Positions 1 through 10,324 of a stretch of DNA of 64,000 nt are shown here, one piece after another. The stretch is from assembly GCA_963739305.1 (NCBI GenBank), contig CAVTZU010000018.1, positions 32,001 to 96,000 of the forward strand. The letters run 5' to 3'. How positions within the stretch are numbered: the stretch's first letter is position 1; the number at the start of each line of letters is the position of its first letter. The position numbers and the translations under genes were made by a program. Source of the stretch: Candidatus Bathyarchaeota archaeon (GTDB taxonomy: Archaea > Thermoproteota > Bathyarchaeia > Bathyarchaeales > Bathycorpusculaceae). The notes under the pieces were generated by a model. The model saw only the letters and a program-made list of their open reading frames with translations. It had not been told where the DNA came from and did not search any database.

Positions 1-1
1 G

Positions 2-727
2 ACAGTCTCGTACGCAATGAAAGATGAGTTAGTGGGCTTGGGTTTTCCGAAAGAAAGAATTCAAGTCGCTTATAACGGGGTGGATCCCGAGAAATATGAT
101 CCTGCAGCCGTTACTCCTGAGCAGATCAAGAAAATCAGGGCAACTTATGGAATCAAAGACGACGAACAGATGATCCTTTTCATAGGCAGGCTGGTAGGCG
201 TCAAAGGCGTTGATAAGCTCATCATGGCTTTGCCTCACATACTGCCGAAGAATCCTAAAGCCAAACTCGTGATCGTTGGTCTAGGCGACTTGCAGGAATA
301 CCTTACGAACCTGGTCAAAGCAACCAAAATGAGTGATTTCGTAAAGTTCCGCTTCGAGTTCATCCCGGAAGAGGAACGAATCCTTCATTATGCAGCATGC
401 GACGTTGCAGTTTTTCCAAGCTTCTACGAACCCTTCGGCATCGTTGTGTTAGAGGCCATGAGCATGGAGCGCCCAGTCGTCGTTGGTGCAACGGGCATCA
501 GCGGGATGCGAGAAATAGTCGTTTGCTGCGGCGAAGAACAATGTGGCTACCACATCGACCCAAGTAACCCGTCAGACATCGCTTGGGGCATAAACAGCGT
601 TCTGGAAAACAATGAAAAAAGAAAGTGGCTTGGAAAAAACGGAAGAAAACGAGTTCTTAACGAGTTCACTTGGGATAAGATCGCCGAGAAAACCTTGGAA
701 TTGTATCAACAGATCATCAAACACTAA
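2..727 (+). CDS. GT4-family glycosyltransferase (glycogen synthase-like), 5'-partial
   Basis: LFIGRL..KGV and PSFYEPFGIVVLEAM GT4 motifs; frame stays open to the window start (TVSYAMK...). Confidence 0.9.
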   Translation, partial: TVSYAMKDELVGLGFPKERIQVAYNGVDPEKYDPAAVTPEQIKKIRATYGIKDDEQMILFIGRLVGVKGVDKLIMALPHILPKNPKAKLVIVGLGDLQEYLTNLVKATKMSDFVKFRFEFIPEEERILHYAACDVAVFPSFYEPFGIVVLEAMSMERPVVVGATGISGMREIVVCCGEEQCGYHIDPSNPSDIAWGINSVLENNEKRKWLGKNGRKRVLNEFTWDKIAEKTLELYQQIIKH

Positions 728-768
728 GCTTAAGTTCCACGTCGAATCGAGATTTACTCGGTGAGATA

Positions 769-1386
769 ATGGCTGTCAATAATATCAGTTCGCGAAAGAA
801 AGTCACGGTAGAAGCAGCCACGTTGCTTTATGATGGAGTCGAGAAGGAATACAAACAAGCAAAGCTGAAAGCTGCAAAGACGTTCGGGCTCCATTATATG
901 CCGACCAACCTTGAAGTCGCAATGGAAATCGACAGAATCGCCGAAGAGAGGGAAGGACCAACTAGGGAGGAACGCCTTGTGCGAATGCGAAAAGAAGCTC
1001 TGAGGATTATGCACGTCCTGAAGAAGTATGATCCTATCCTAGTGGGCAGCGTATGGCGCGGCACAATACATCATGATAGTGACATCGACATAATCGTTCA
1101 CCACGAAGAACCGAAAGAAGTCGTGGGAACCCTCCAGCAGACCGACTTGAAAATTGCGAGGACAGAATGGGTCAGCGTGACGAAGCAAGGAAAAAAGAAA
1201 TCTTCCTTCCATATCCACGTTGAATCACCTTTAAAAGAGCAAGTCGAAATCATCGTTCACAGTCCAGAAGAAGCGTGCCTCAAGCCGAAGTGCGAGATAT
1301 ACGGTGATGAAATAACAGGGCTTCGCCCACATGACCTCGAAAAAGTTCTCAAAGAAAATCCCGATCGGCGTTTCCTGCCATCCTAG
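769..1386 (+). CDS. Pol-beta superfamily nucleotidyltransferase domain protein
   Basis: GSVWRG...SDIDI motif after a helical N-terminal domain. Confidence 0.8.
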   Translation: MAVNNISSRKKVTVEAATLLYDGVEKEYKQAKLKAAKTFGLHYMPTNLEVAMEIDRIAEEREGPTREERLVRMRKEALRIMHVLKKYDPILVGSVWRGTIHHDSDIDIIVHHEEPKEVVGTLQQTDLKIARTEWVSVTKQGKKKSSFHIHVESPLKEQVEIIVHSPEEACLKPKCEIYGDEITGLRPHDLEKVLKENPDRRFLPS

Positions 1387-1494
1387 GACTCAACAGATTC
1401 TATCAAATTAATGAAGGGACTCTTTGAATATTCGCGCGCACTTTTCTGCTCGTTAGAACAATGAACGAATATTGCATACTGCGAGAGTGAGACG

Positions 1495-1842
1495 GTGGAG
1501 CGGGACAAAGAAGCAATCAAGAGAATGTTCCCAAACCTGGCAAAAGAAATCGGATCTGGCGAGAGCAAAGTCTCAGTGGACTCTGTAAGAACAGATAATG
1601 GAGCAGATGAAAAACACGCGATGCGAAAGAAATACTCAGAGTACATACCTGACGTCGTCGACTTTCTTAGACGATGCGACACCGTTCAACAAGCCGAGGA
1701 AATCATCGCTTACATGGAAAAAAGGGGAGAACTTGACGGTCGATACGCTGGGCAGCTACGGAAACAACTGAAGGAGAAAGGCGTGAGAAGTTTCGGAACT
1801 AAGAAGGAAGATGACTATTACCTGAAACATAGCGAATGTTGA
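1495..1842 (+). CDS. DUF2095-like conserved archaeal protein
   Basis: FPNLAKEI...YIPDVVDFLRRCDT..AEEIIAYMEKRGE...GVRSFG..KE..YY pattern. Confidence 0.8.
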   Translation: MERDKEAIKRMFPNLAKEIGSGESKVSVDSVRTDNGADEKHAMRKKYSEYIPDVVDFLRRCDTVQQAEEIIAYMEKRGELDGRYAGQLRKQLKEKGVRSFGTKKEDDYYLKHSEC

Positions 1843-1987
1843 GCGGTTTGATCCAAGTTTTTTGATCGCGCAAGCCACGTTCAATGAATAAGGGGGGTAA
1901 CTATATACGTCACCATGGCAGTCTAGTCTCCAAAAGTAAATAAATGTGCTAACCAATAGATAGGAAGCTCAAAACTTTGGGAAAGTC

Positions 1988-3736
1988 GTGGAGGAAAATG
2001 GCTTGAAAAAGATGGCGTTGATGATCGCGATATTGACGATGGCCCTGATTATGACTGTTTCATTCTCATCGAACGTTAGATCTGCGAAAGCACAAGGCAA
2101 TTACACGATAGAGCACTTGGACCACGTCGTGAGTGTGATGTCCAACGGTTATGTTCTCATGAATGATACGATTAGAATTTCTGGGCAGGCTCCAAGTACC
2201 TTTCTGTTTGGACTGCCGTATCCTTTTGGGCCATATGTTGTATGGTACGACGCATTCGATGCCAATGCTACTTCCTCAACGTTTCCAGTTACGATCAATC
2301 AGCCTTTCGAAAACAGAAGCGGTTTCTATAGTCTCGAAGTTGGCTTCCCCTCTGGGATGCCGCAGAACTTGAGCATCCAAGTGTTGTTCTCTAACCGGCT
2401 GGTTTTCCAAGACTCTCAAAATGCAAGTCTTTACACGTTGGTATTTCCAGGGTTCCCGAGCCTTACAACCCCGGTAAGTGCGTGTAATTCGTCAATCATT
2501 CTTCCGGAAACAGCCACGTATTACGATGGAACAATAAGCACGACAACTTATGCCCAAGAAAACCTCCCGTCATTCACGTACAACGTGTCCACGGTGGGTT
2601 TCCTGACTTCAGATGACAGCATGGGCGTCTTCGATGTGGATAAAATCAATCGTCAAATAGCTGTGAACGGGGGTGGCGAACTCACGGCTTCTGATTCTTA
2701 CTTTATAACCAACGAGGCGGGCAACAATTTGACTTCGATCCAGGTGCTTCTTCCTCCTAATGCTTCTGACGTGTCCGCGCAGGACCAATTTGGCAGGACG
2801 ATGGCACAACCAACCCTTCTCATACCGAATGGAGCGCGGTACGACATCAATCTCACAAGTACCACAGCTCGGCCGCTGAGCTATAATCAATCCACACAAT
2901 TCACAGTGAATTACGCTCTGCCGAGCGACGCCTACATTAGCCAAGATGGAGCCAACGGCTACAACCTGAATATGTCTCTTTTCCGAGATATCGACTACTA
3001 CGTTAACTTGACAAGCGTGACCTTCGTGTTGCCTGAAGGTGCAAATCTAGGGTCCTCAGGAAGTGGTCTGTCTGGTGTTTCATACAGCATAACGAAGGAT
3101 GTTTTCACCGAGAAAATATCTCTCAATAAGGAAGGTGTCATTTCGTTAACCGGCTTTGTCTTCTCAATGACATACCAGTACAACATGTTTTGGTCAGCTT
3201 TTCGACCGACCACGTGGGCGATGGTTATATCCCTGCTGGGGTGCCTAGCGGTTGTGATCATAAGAAGGCCGCAGGCTCCTACTCCAGTTTCCTCTCCGAC
3301 GGCTGCCACACGACTTCGTCCCGAATACCTCCGGTCCTTCTTAGATTCATACGAGGAGAAGAGACGGATCATGGCCGACATTGACTCTCTTGAAGAAAGA
3401 GCCAGAAAAGGAAGAATACCGAGGCAACGATACAAGATACAGAGCAGAACCTTTGAGACTCGCCTTGAAACGTTGTCAAGAACCCTGGCTGACTATAAGG
3501 AAAAGATGCGTGCGGCGGGCGGCCACTATGGTAGTCTCATGCGTGAGCTTGAAGTCGCAGAAATAGAATTGAACGAGGTTGAAACAAACCTTAGAAGCAT
3601 CGAAACACGCCACAGCCGAGGCGAACTTTCCTTAGAGGGATACAAGAAACTGCTCGGTGACTACCAACGCAGAAAAGAAAAGACCCAGACTAGCGTAGAC
3701 GGAATCCTCTTGAGATTACGTGAGGAAATTCAATAA
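1988..3736 (+). CDS. Ribophorin I (RPN1/Ost1)-like type I membrane glycoprotein
   Basis: Signal peptide, beta-rich ectodomain with many NxS/T sequons, LPPNASDV..QDQFG, VNYALPS and VTFVLPEGA motifs, one TM helix, cytoplasmic helical bundle; start may be TTG at 2003. Confidence 0.75.
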   Translation: MEENGLKKMALMIAILTMALIMTVSFSSNVRSAKAQGNYTIEHLDHVVSVMSNGYVLMNDTIRISGQAPSTFLFGLPYPFGPYVVWYDAFDANATSSTFPVTINQPFENRSGFYSLEVGFPSGMPQNLSIQVLFSNRLVFQDSQNASLYTLVFPGFPSLTTPVSACNSSIILPETATYYDGTISTTTYAQENLPSFTYNVSTVGFLTSDDSMGVFDVDKINRQIAVNGGGELTASDSYFITNEAGNNLTSIQVLLPPNASDVSAQDQFGRTMAQPTLLIPNGARYDINLTSTTARPLSYNQSTQFTVNYALPSDAYISQDGANGYNLNMSLFRDIDYYVNLTSVTFVLPEGANLGSSGSGLSGVSYSITKDVFTEKISLNKEGVISLTGFVFSMTYQYNMFWSAFRPTTWAMVISLLGCLAVVIIRRPQAPTPVSSPTAATRLRPEYLRSFLDSYEEKRRIMADIDSLEERARKGRIPRQRYKIQSRTFETRLETLSRTLADYKEKMRAAGGHYGSLMRELEVAEIELNEVETNLRSIETRHSRGELSLEGYKKLLGDYQRRKEKTQTSVDGILLRLREEIQ

Positions 3737-3804
3737 CTGCACCTAAATATTTTTATTCTACCGCTAAGCTCTTCATGAAATTCTGAAATTGGAAGGAATC
3801 CAAA

Positions 3805-3987
3805 ATGGTAAAGATCGTAGTGGATAACGCTAAATGCACCGGATGCGGAACATGCGTTGACACATGCCCGGTGGCTGTCTACGAAGTCAAAGACAAGAAG
3901 TCGGTTCCGGTCAAAGTTGACGAATGTCTTGTGTGCAGGGCATGCGAGGTCCAATGCCCCGAAGCCGCGATTCAAGTTATTGAATAG
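3805..3987 (+). CDS. 2x[4Fe-4S] ferredoxin
   Basis: CTGCGTCVDTCP and CLVCRACEVQCP motifs. Confidence 0.95.
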   Translation: MVKIVVDNAKCTGCGTCVDTCPVAVYEVKDKKSVPVKVDECLVCRACEVQCPEAAIQVIE

Positions 3988-4019
3988 ATTTAGACCGGTT
4001 GTAACTATTCTCAAAACGA

Positions 4020-5084
4020 CTAACACAATTGCCAGTAGTTTCTCTGAATTTCTTTCACTTCTTTCATCATTTTTTTCCCTTTGTCTCTGACAAGCCGGTT
4101 CGATACCGGAACCTTGTCATCAACTGTATACATGCTTCCACTCATTGCTGCAATGGCTGAGGCGGCTATCTTCCCAATGTATCTGACTCCGTAGCCACCT
4201 TCAAGGACCAGCACAAGCCTTCCACCACATGATCGTCTCGCCAGAGCGCCGATAGATTGGAAAATCTTGCGGTAACCAACGGCAGACAATGAGAGTTCTC
4301 CAACCGGATCAGCGTAGTGGCAATCCAACCCCGCAGACACTAGAACAAACTGGGGTCTGTACTGAAGAGCAATTGGCACAGCAATCTCTTTCCAAGCTTT
4401 CAGATAAGTCTGATCGTCCGTTCCGAACGGCAGGGGGATGTTAACAGTGTACCCGCACCCTTTTCCTTCACCGACCTCTTGCGCGAACCCGGTTCCTGGA
4501 AAGCCACGTGGGTCTTCGTGTAGGCTGATGTAAAGAACTTTGTCGGTTTCGAAGAAAGCCTGTTGGGTGCCGTTGCCATGATGAGAGTCAATGTCCAAGA
4601 TGAGAACTCGTTCAAGCTTAAAATCCCTCAGCAAACGTTTTGTGGCTACAGCGACGTTGTTGAAAACGCAGAAACCAAGCCCATAATGTCTTGTTGCATG
4701 GTGGCCCGGCGGTCTCACGAGCACGAACGAGTTTTCGTAGCAACCTTGCATTACAAGGCGGATAGCTTTGACCGCCCCGCCGACGGCGCAAAGGGCGACG
4801 TCAAAAGTTTCGGAAGAGACAACGGTGTCTCCAGTGTCCAGAAGGCCGCCGCCTGATCTGCAAATGTCCCTGACCCCCTTGATGTACTGCATGTCATGGA
4901 CCAGTGCGAGGTCGTCAACCGATGCTTTTTCCGGTTTGATGAACTGCCATTTTCTGCTCTGCGAGAGCTGTCCTTGTCTTAGCTCCTCGACGATGGCGTA
5001 CAAACGCTTGGCTGATTCGGGGTGGTCCTTACCTGGGTTGTGTTTGTAGTATTCAGGTGAGAATACGACTGCCGTTCTAGGCAT
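4020..5084 (-). CDS. Histone deacetylase / acetoin utilization family Zn-dependent deacetylase
   Basis: HPES, RPPGHHA, GFCVFNN, DIDSHHGNGT, LEGGY motifs. Confidence 0.95.
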   Translation of the reverse strand: MPRTAVVFSPEYYKHNPGKDHPESAKRLYAIVEELRQGQLSQSRKWQFIKPEKASVDDLALVHDMQYIKGVRDICRSGGGLLDTGDTVVSSETFDVALCAVGGAVKAIRLVMQGCYENSFVLVRPPGHHATRHYGLGFCVFNNVAVATKRLLRDFKLERVLILDIDSHHGNGTQQAFFETDKVLYISLHEDPRGFPGTGFAQEVGEGKGCGYTVNIPLPFGTDDQTYLKAWKEIAVPIALQYRPQFVLVSAGLDCHYADPVGELSLSAVGYRKIFQSIGALARRSCGGRLVLVLEGGYGVRYIGKIAASAIAAMSGSMYTVDDKVPVSNRLVRDKGKKMMKEVKEIQRNYWQLC

Positions 5085-6546
5085 GTAGGGTTATCCCTTT
5101 CATGGCTATTCGAAAGATCTTCTGCACGTATTTCTTCACTGTGAGACCGTTTTTGTTTGCGAGTTTTTTGAGAACAGTGTTGACGCCTGTTGCGTACTGA
5201 ACGGCTTTCTTGGGTCTATTGGCCATCGACTCTGGTAGTCTCAAGTTGAGTGCTGCTTGCCTTAAGACAAGTTTTCTCAGGGTATCGTCGAACGGCTGAA
5301 TTTTCAGTTGAACGGGTAAATCCGCGGCGAATTTGACTATCTGCCATGCCGCAAAGGGTAGTCTGAGCTCGACCCTAAGGGAATTGCAGATTTTGTAGTC
5401 TCTTTCCAAGTTGCTTTCGTGCATTCGGATGATGTCCTTGAAAATAGTTGCGCTCGCTGCTTCGCTTCCTTCATTGACAAATTGGTCAACGTAACGCTTG
5501 TAACCAGCAAAAAGCTCGTCACCACCTTGACCCGCCAGCATAACTCGAAGATTCATCTTCGCGGCCTGCTCTGACGCCCAATAAATAGGGACGCCTATGC
5601 TCGCTTTGACGGGGTCCGGTTCTTCTATAGCACGCAGAACTGCAGGCAGCGTTCTGGAGACGTCTTCTTCGTCATATGTGTAAACCCGAATGGGCAACTG
5701 GAGTTGATCAGCCGCGGCTTTTGCGTGCTCTGTTTCAACTTGATCTTCTAAGCTTACATGAATCAACTGTACATTTGTTTCCGAATTCTTGGACAAGAAC
5801 GCGATGATACCGCTGTCCAAACCCCCTGAAAACGCCACTGCCACCTCTCTCAGAGGTCGCAATCTTTCTCTCACTGCTTGCTCCAGCAGGATCTGTAACC
5901 TTTGAGCAGCCGTTTTCATCGAGAGCCGCTTCGGTCTTGAATGTGTGAGTTGTCTGGCCAGGCGGAACTTGAACCCTGATTCGTTCACGATCGCTACGTT
6001 TCCAGGGGGAAACGAGTGGGCAGATTCAATGCCCACGCTCCATAGTGTTTTCCGATCGGAAGCCAGTGCAGCGAAGACCTTGTTCTCGCCGTAGTAGAGC
6101 GGGCGCACTCCCAACGCGTCTCTTCCAACGATAAGTCTTTCGGGTTCCGCTATTGCAAAGGAAAAGTCGCCTTCGGCTTCCCTGATGAATTTCAAGGCGG
6201 CGCATTCTTTGTTCTTCTCAGGTAACCGTTGAGCAAAAACTCGGGCGTCCGAGCACTGCGTGTCCGTTGGGTAGGTTCTTCCGTCAAAGGCTACTGTAGC
6301 ATCCTTTGTTCTGAGCGGTTGCGGCCTGTCTTCTTCAAGTATTCTGGTGAATGCGTATCCGATAATTGCCGATGATCCTAGTCTCAGCGTGCCCAGTTGT
6401 TGAAAGTCTTCTTTTGTTTGTATTGATCGTGATGAAGCGATGCCGTAGAATTCAACGTTATTCATTGATGTTGTTTTCAACATGGTCAACGCAGTTTCTG
6501 TTGCGTCTCCGTTGTTTTTTTGCCTGACTGCTACTATGACACCCAT
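5077..6546 (-). CDS. asnB: Asparagine synthetase B-like protein with degenerate glutaminase domain
   Basis: RDALGVRPLYY, FSGGLDS, GQGGDELFAGY, ELRLPF, RPKKAVQY; lacks the N-terminal MCG. Confidence 0.8.
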   Translation of the reverse strand: MGVIVAVRQKNNGDATETALTMLKTTSMNNVEFYGIASSRSIQTKEDFQQLGTLRLGSSAIIGYAFTRILEEDRPQPLRTKDATVAFDGRTYPTDTQCSDARVFAQRLPEKNKECAALKFIREAEGDFSFAIAEPERLIVGRDALGVRPLYYGENKVFAALASDRKTLWSVGIESAHSFPPGNVAIVNESGFKFRLARQLTHSRPKRLSMKTAAQRLQILLEQAVRERLRPLREVAVAFSGGLDSGIIAFLSKNSETNVQLIHVSLEDQVETEHAKAAADQLQLPIRVYTYDEEDVSRTLPAVLRAIEEPDPVKASIGVPIYWASEQAAKMNLRVMLAGQGGDELFAGYKRYVDQFVNEGSEAASATIFKDIIRMHESNLERDYKICNSLRVELRLPFAAWQIVKFAADLPVQLKIQPFDDTLRKLVLRQAALNLRLPESMANRPKKAVQYATGVNTVLKKLANKNGLTVKKYVQKIFRIAMKGITLHA

Positions 6547-6635
6547 CGCAAGAACCTTTCAGTTCAATCAATACCTAGTAACTTGGTAAAACATTAATCT
6601 TTAATCCATCTAATCTAGTCCCGAGGTCAAGAGGT

Positions 6636-8003
6636 TTGCCTATTCTGCCAATAGACACGGGCCGATACGTGACTCCTGAGATGAAGAAGATCTTTGAGGA
6701 AGAATGTCGTGTTCAAAGAATGCTCGACGTTGAAGCCGCTTTGGCATGGGCTCATGCTGAGGTTGGTGACATTCCACGAAAAGACGCTGAAAAGATCAGT
6801 GCCATGGCTTCTTTGAAGTATGTCAAGTTGAGCAGGATCAAGGAGATTGAACGTGAGATCAAGCACGACGTTGCATCTCTAGTCAGAGCTCTTTCAGAAG
6901 TCTGCGGGCCAAGTGGAAAGTATGTTCATCTCGGAGCGACAAGCTACGATATCGTTGATACCGCAAATGCTCTTCAACTGAAAGATGCTTTGGAGCTGAT
7001 CGAAAGGAAGCTGGACCAGTTTGAAGGAATCCTGATTGTGAAGGCAAAGAGATACAAGAAGACTGTGATGGCTGGAAGAACACACGGTCAACATGCACTG
7101 CCCTTAACATTAGGGTTCAAGTTTGCAGTGTGGATGCGTGAAGTTTCAAGGCACTTGGAGCGTCTCAGCCAGTGCAAGCAGCGCGTTTTGGTTGGAAAGA
7201 TGAGCGGCGCGGTAGGCACGCAAGCAGGTCTGGGAGAGCACGCGATGAGAATTCAGGAACTCGTGATGCAGAGGCTCGGAATCAATTCGGCTGACATTTC
7301 TACTCAGATCGTGCAGCGAGATCGCTACGCCGAACTCGTTTGCGTAATGGCGTTGATAGCGTCTTCTCTCGAGAATTTTGCCACTGAGATTCGAGAGTTA
7401 CAGAGACCGGAAATCGGTGAGTTATTTGAGTACTTTGAAGCAGGGGCACAAGTTGGTAGCTCAACCATGCCTCAGAAACACAACCCCGAGTTGTGTGAAA
7501 GAGTCTGCGGTCTGGCTCGAATCGTGAGGAGCCTCGTCTTCCCAGCGCTCGAGGACATTACAACTTGGCATGAACGCGATCTGACCCAGTCATCGACCGA
7601 ACGTTTTGTCCTCCCTGAAACGTGCATCTTAACCGACTACCTGTTGTTCTTGATGAACAATATAGTGAGCACTTTGCGCGTTGACGAGAAACGTATGATT
7701 TTAAACGTTGAGTTGACTCAGGGGCGCCTTATGTCTGAAGCAGTGATGATGGCTTTGACAAAGAAAGGTGTGAATCGGCAAGTGGCGCATGAGCTTCTGA
7801 GAAAGCTGACTATCAGAAGCGAAACCAAACACCAGCCCTTCATACAAACGCTTCTTGACAGCAAAACTGTAGCTGGAAAGTTGACGAAGAAAGAAGTCGA
7901 CGAGGCTCTCAATCCCTATAACTACTTGGGAACTGCCGTGAAACAAGTTGAATTAATGGCAGAGAAAACTGAAAAAGAACGCGCGGCAAGAGGACAGAAA
8001 TGA
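6636..8003 (+). CDS. purB: Adenylosuccinate lyase
   Basis: HLGATSYD, GRTHGQHA, GSSTMPQKHNP, WHERDLT motifs. Confidence 0.97.
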   Translation: MPILPIDTGRYVTPEMKKIFEEECRVQRMLDVEAALAWAHAEVGDIPRKDAEKISAMASLKYVKLSRIKEIEREIKHDVASLVRALSEVCGPSGKYVHLGATSYDIVDTANALQLKDALELIERKLDQFEGILIVKAKRYKKTVMAGRTHGQHALPLTLGFKFAVWMREVSRHLERLSQCKQRVLVGKMSGAVGTQAGLGEHAMRIQELVMQRLGINSADISTQIVQRDRYAELVCVMALIASSLENFATEIRELQRPEIGELFEYFEAGAQVGSSTMPQKHNPELCERVCGLARIVRSLVFPALEDITTWHERDLTQSSTERFVLPETCILTDYLLFLMNNIVSTLRVDEKRMILNVELTQGRLMSEAVMMALTKKGVNRQVAHELLRKLTIRSETKHQPFIQTLLDSKTVAGKLTKKEVDEALNPYNYLGTAVKQVELMAEKTEKERAARGQK

Positions 8004-8092
8004 TCTTATTCCTGAACGATCCTACGGCCCTGAGCCCTCGTCCCGCGGATGGGAGCGACTTGAAGCCGGAACGTTTTCGAAGGCTAATATGG

Positions 8093-10324
8093 TTAGTATT
8101 CGGTCAACGCTTTTTGTTTCCATTCGTCTTGTTTTTCAAGTTTTTCCCATGTGTCCTTCTTCACAAACCCGCCGACTTGTTCTTTTATTTTTTTCGCCAG
8201 TTTTGGTCCGACGAGGGGTAGAGAGGTTAGGTCTTCAAGTCGAGCGTTTTTGAGGTCGTGGATCGTTTTGTATCCTGAGTTGAAGATGATGCGCCCGCGG
8301 ACTCTGCCGACTCCTTCGAGTTTGACGAGTGGCAGTAGTTCTTTCTTGACTCCTTTCTCAACTCTCTGTTGGGCTTCAAGGGTAAGAGGAATGACCTGTC
8401 TATTGCTGAATAGCTGTGCGAGTTCGTGCGTGGCATGGAGTAGCCACTTTGCATTTTCGAGCGTTCGATAGAGATCTCCCGGTTGGACTCTGAACCTCTC
8501 CATCAACCAGTCTTCGCTCATCTCCTCTATCCAGGCTTTGAGCGTCATGACAGTTTTTACTTCGCCTAGGAACTCTTGATAACCTACGCTGTCCTCCCAC
8601 TCTTCAGGAGGCGCAATAAGGAGTTCTTGCCTGTGCTCTTCCACGAAAAGTGCAACTTGGTCTATTTCGTTTGAGTACGGTCGCAGAACCGGGCCCATGT
8701 CAGGTGTGTGGGATATCATGTGCAGCAGGCTGACGTCGGTTAGAAGTTCGGGCTTGGTCCTCAGTGCGTCGCGAATTGTGACTGCTGAGACTGGGTCAAT
8801 GTAAAGTTCGCTGACGCGTTTTCCGAATTTTGTTGCGTTGATGTTTTCGCCGAACACTTCGATCATTTCTTCATCATACAAGTACTTGAGGATCTTTGCA
8901 ACTATGCTCTTGATCGCGTCTACGTCGTATTGATAGGCGTAGAATGTCTTTCCGAAGAATTCGTGGATTCCATTTTCAGTGTGGGCGAAGTCTGCTGCTA
9001 TGGTTGCGAGAACATGGGATCTCATTATGCGTTCAACTGCGAGGCGGCTCCATATGCGTTCTGGGCGGGCTAAAATGTAGCTCTGGACTAAGTAGTCTGC
9101 TTCGTCGCTGGTCTTGGCTATGAGTACGGCTTCGCCTGTTTTGTCGTACTTTGGTCTTCCCGCTCTGCCCGCCATCTGTTTGTACTCGAGTACGGTTATC
9201 GGGTAGAAGCCGAGGCCTGCTTCGTAGCGTCTATAGTCTTGGATGACTACGGTTCTTGCTGGGAGATTGACGCCGAAGGCTAGGGTAGGTGTGGCGGTTA
9301 ACACTTTGATTTTTCCTTCCCTGAATGACTGTTCAATTATTCTGCGGTGTCCACCGGCCAAACCGGCGTGGTGGAAGGCTGTTCCACACCTCACGAGTTC
9401 TGCGAGTGATTCGCCAAGTCTTGTTCTTTCGCCTGTGGCAAGAATGCGGTTGGCTTCGTGTTCAAGAGAACGTTTTGCGGGTTTGGACATGACTTTTGGG
9501 ATTTCGTCCGCGACTTTTCTTGCTAATGTGACGGCGTTTTTTCGTGTTGAAGCGAACATCAAGGCTTGCCCGCCTGTTTTGACGGTGTTGAGGGCCAAGT
9601 TTATGGCGCCGTCTCTTGCTTTCTTCTCTATTTTGCGTGCGTCTCCGTCTTTGTATTGTATCTCGTCGTTAAGGAGGACTCCTTCTTTCAACGGGACGGG
9701 ACGCCACTCCGTTGTGACGCATTGTGCCTTCAGCCATGCAGCGATTTCGTCAACGTTGTTTATCGTGGCGCTGAGGGCGAGGATCTGTACGTCAGGGTTG
9801 ATCTGCATTAGTCTTGCCAGCACGACTTCCAGTGTGGGTCCGCGTTCGGCATCATTCAGGAGGTGGACTTCGTCGGCTACGACAAGCGAGATTTCGTCCA
9901 TCCACTTCGCTCTGTGTCTGAGGAGTGAATCTGCCTTTTCATTCGTGGTTATTATGATGTCGTACCTTTCCAGCCAGGCGTCCGTGCTGTCAAAATCGCC
10001 TGTGCTGATGCCTACGCGGATTTTTCTTCCGTCTCTTTTTGTAAGCGTCGTGTACTTTCCGAATTCGTCGAATTTTTCGTTCGCCAGCGCTCTCAACGGA
10101 GTAAGGTAGACTGTTTTTCCGTTTTTTTCTAGGATGTGTTTGAGGGCGCAGAACTCGGCTACCAGTGTTTTTCCTGAAGCTGTCGGGCTTGCTAACACGA
10201 GGTTTTTGCCTTCAAGAGCTCCCGCTTTGATGGCTTCCTCTTGAGGAGGATAGAGTTCGCTTATGCCGGACTCGATGACAAGTTGTTTGACTGCGTCAGG
10301 AATCTTTAGCTCGACTACTTTCAC
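8093..10324 (-). CDS. hel308: Ski2-like DNA helicase Hel308/Hjm
   Basis: SPTASGKT, DEVH, FHHAGL, QMAGRAGRP, C-terminal HhH. Confidence 0.95.
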   Translation of the reverse strand: MKVVELKIPDAVKQLVIESGISELYPPQEEAIKAGALEGKNLVLASPTASGKTLVAEFCALKHILEKNGKTVYLTPLRALANEKFDEFGKYTTLTKRDGRKIRVGISTGDFDSTDAWLERYDIIITTNEKADSLLRHRAKWMDEISLVVADEVHLLNDAERGPTLEVVLARLMQINPDVQILALSATINNVDEIAAWLKAQCVTTEWRPVPLKEGVLLNDEIQYKDGDARKIEKKARDGAINLALNTVKTGGQALMFASTRKNAVTLARKVADEIPKVMSKPAKRSLEHEANRILATGERTRLGESLAELVRCGTAFHHAGLAGGHRRIIEQSFREGKIKVLTATPTLAFGVNLPARTVVIQDYRRYEAGLGFYPITVLEYKQMAGRAGRPKYDKTGEAVLIAKTSDEADYLVQSYILARPERIWSRLAVERIMRSHVLATIAADFAHTENGIHEFFGKTFYAYQYDVDAIKSIVAKILKYLYDEEMIEVFGENINATKFGKRVSELYIDPVSAVTIRDALRTKPELLTDVSLLHMISHTPDMGPVLRPYSNEIDQVALFVEEHRQELLIAPPEEWEDSVGYQEFLGEVKTVMTLKAWIEEMSEDWLMERFRVQPGDLYRTLENAKWLLHATHELAQLFSNRQVIPLTLEAQQRVEKGVKKELLPLVKLEGVGRVRGRIIFNSGYKTIHDLKNARLEDLTSLPLVGPKLAKKIKEQVGGFVKKDTWEKLEKQDEWKQKALTEY

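Noticed and set aside
9243-10109. 288-aa plus-strand ORF
   Set aside because: Antisense to hel308 with no independent coding signal
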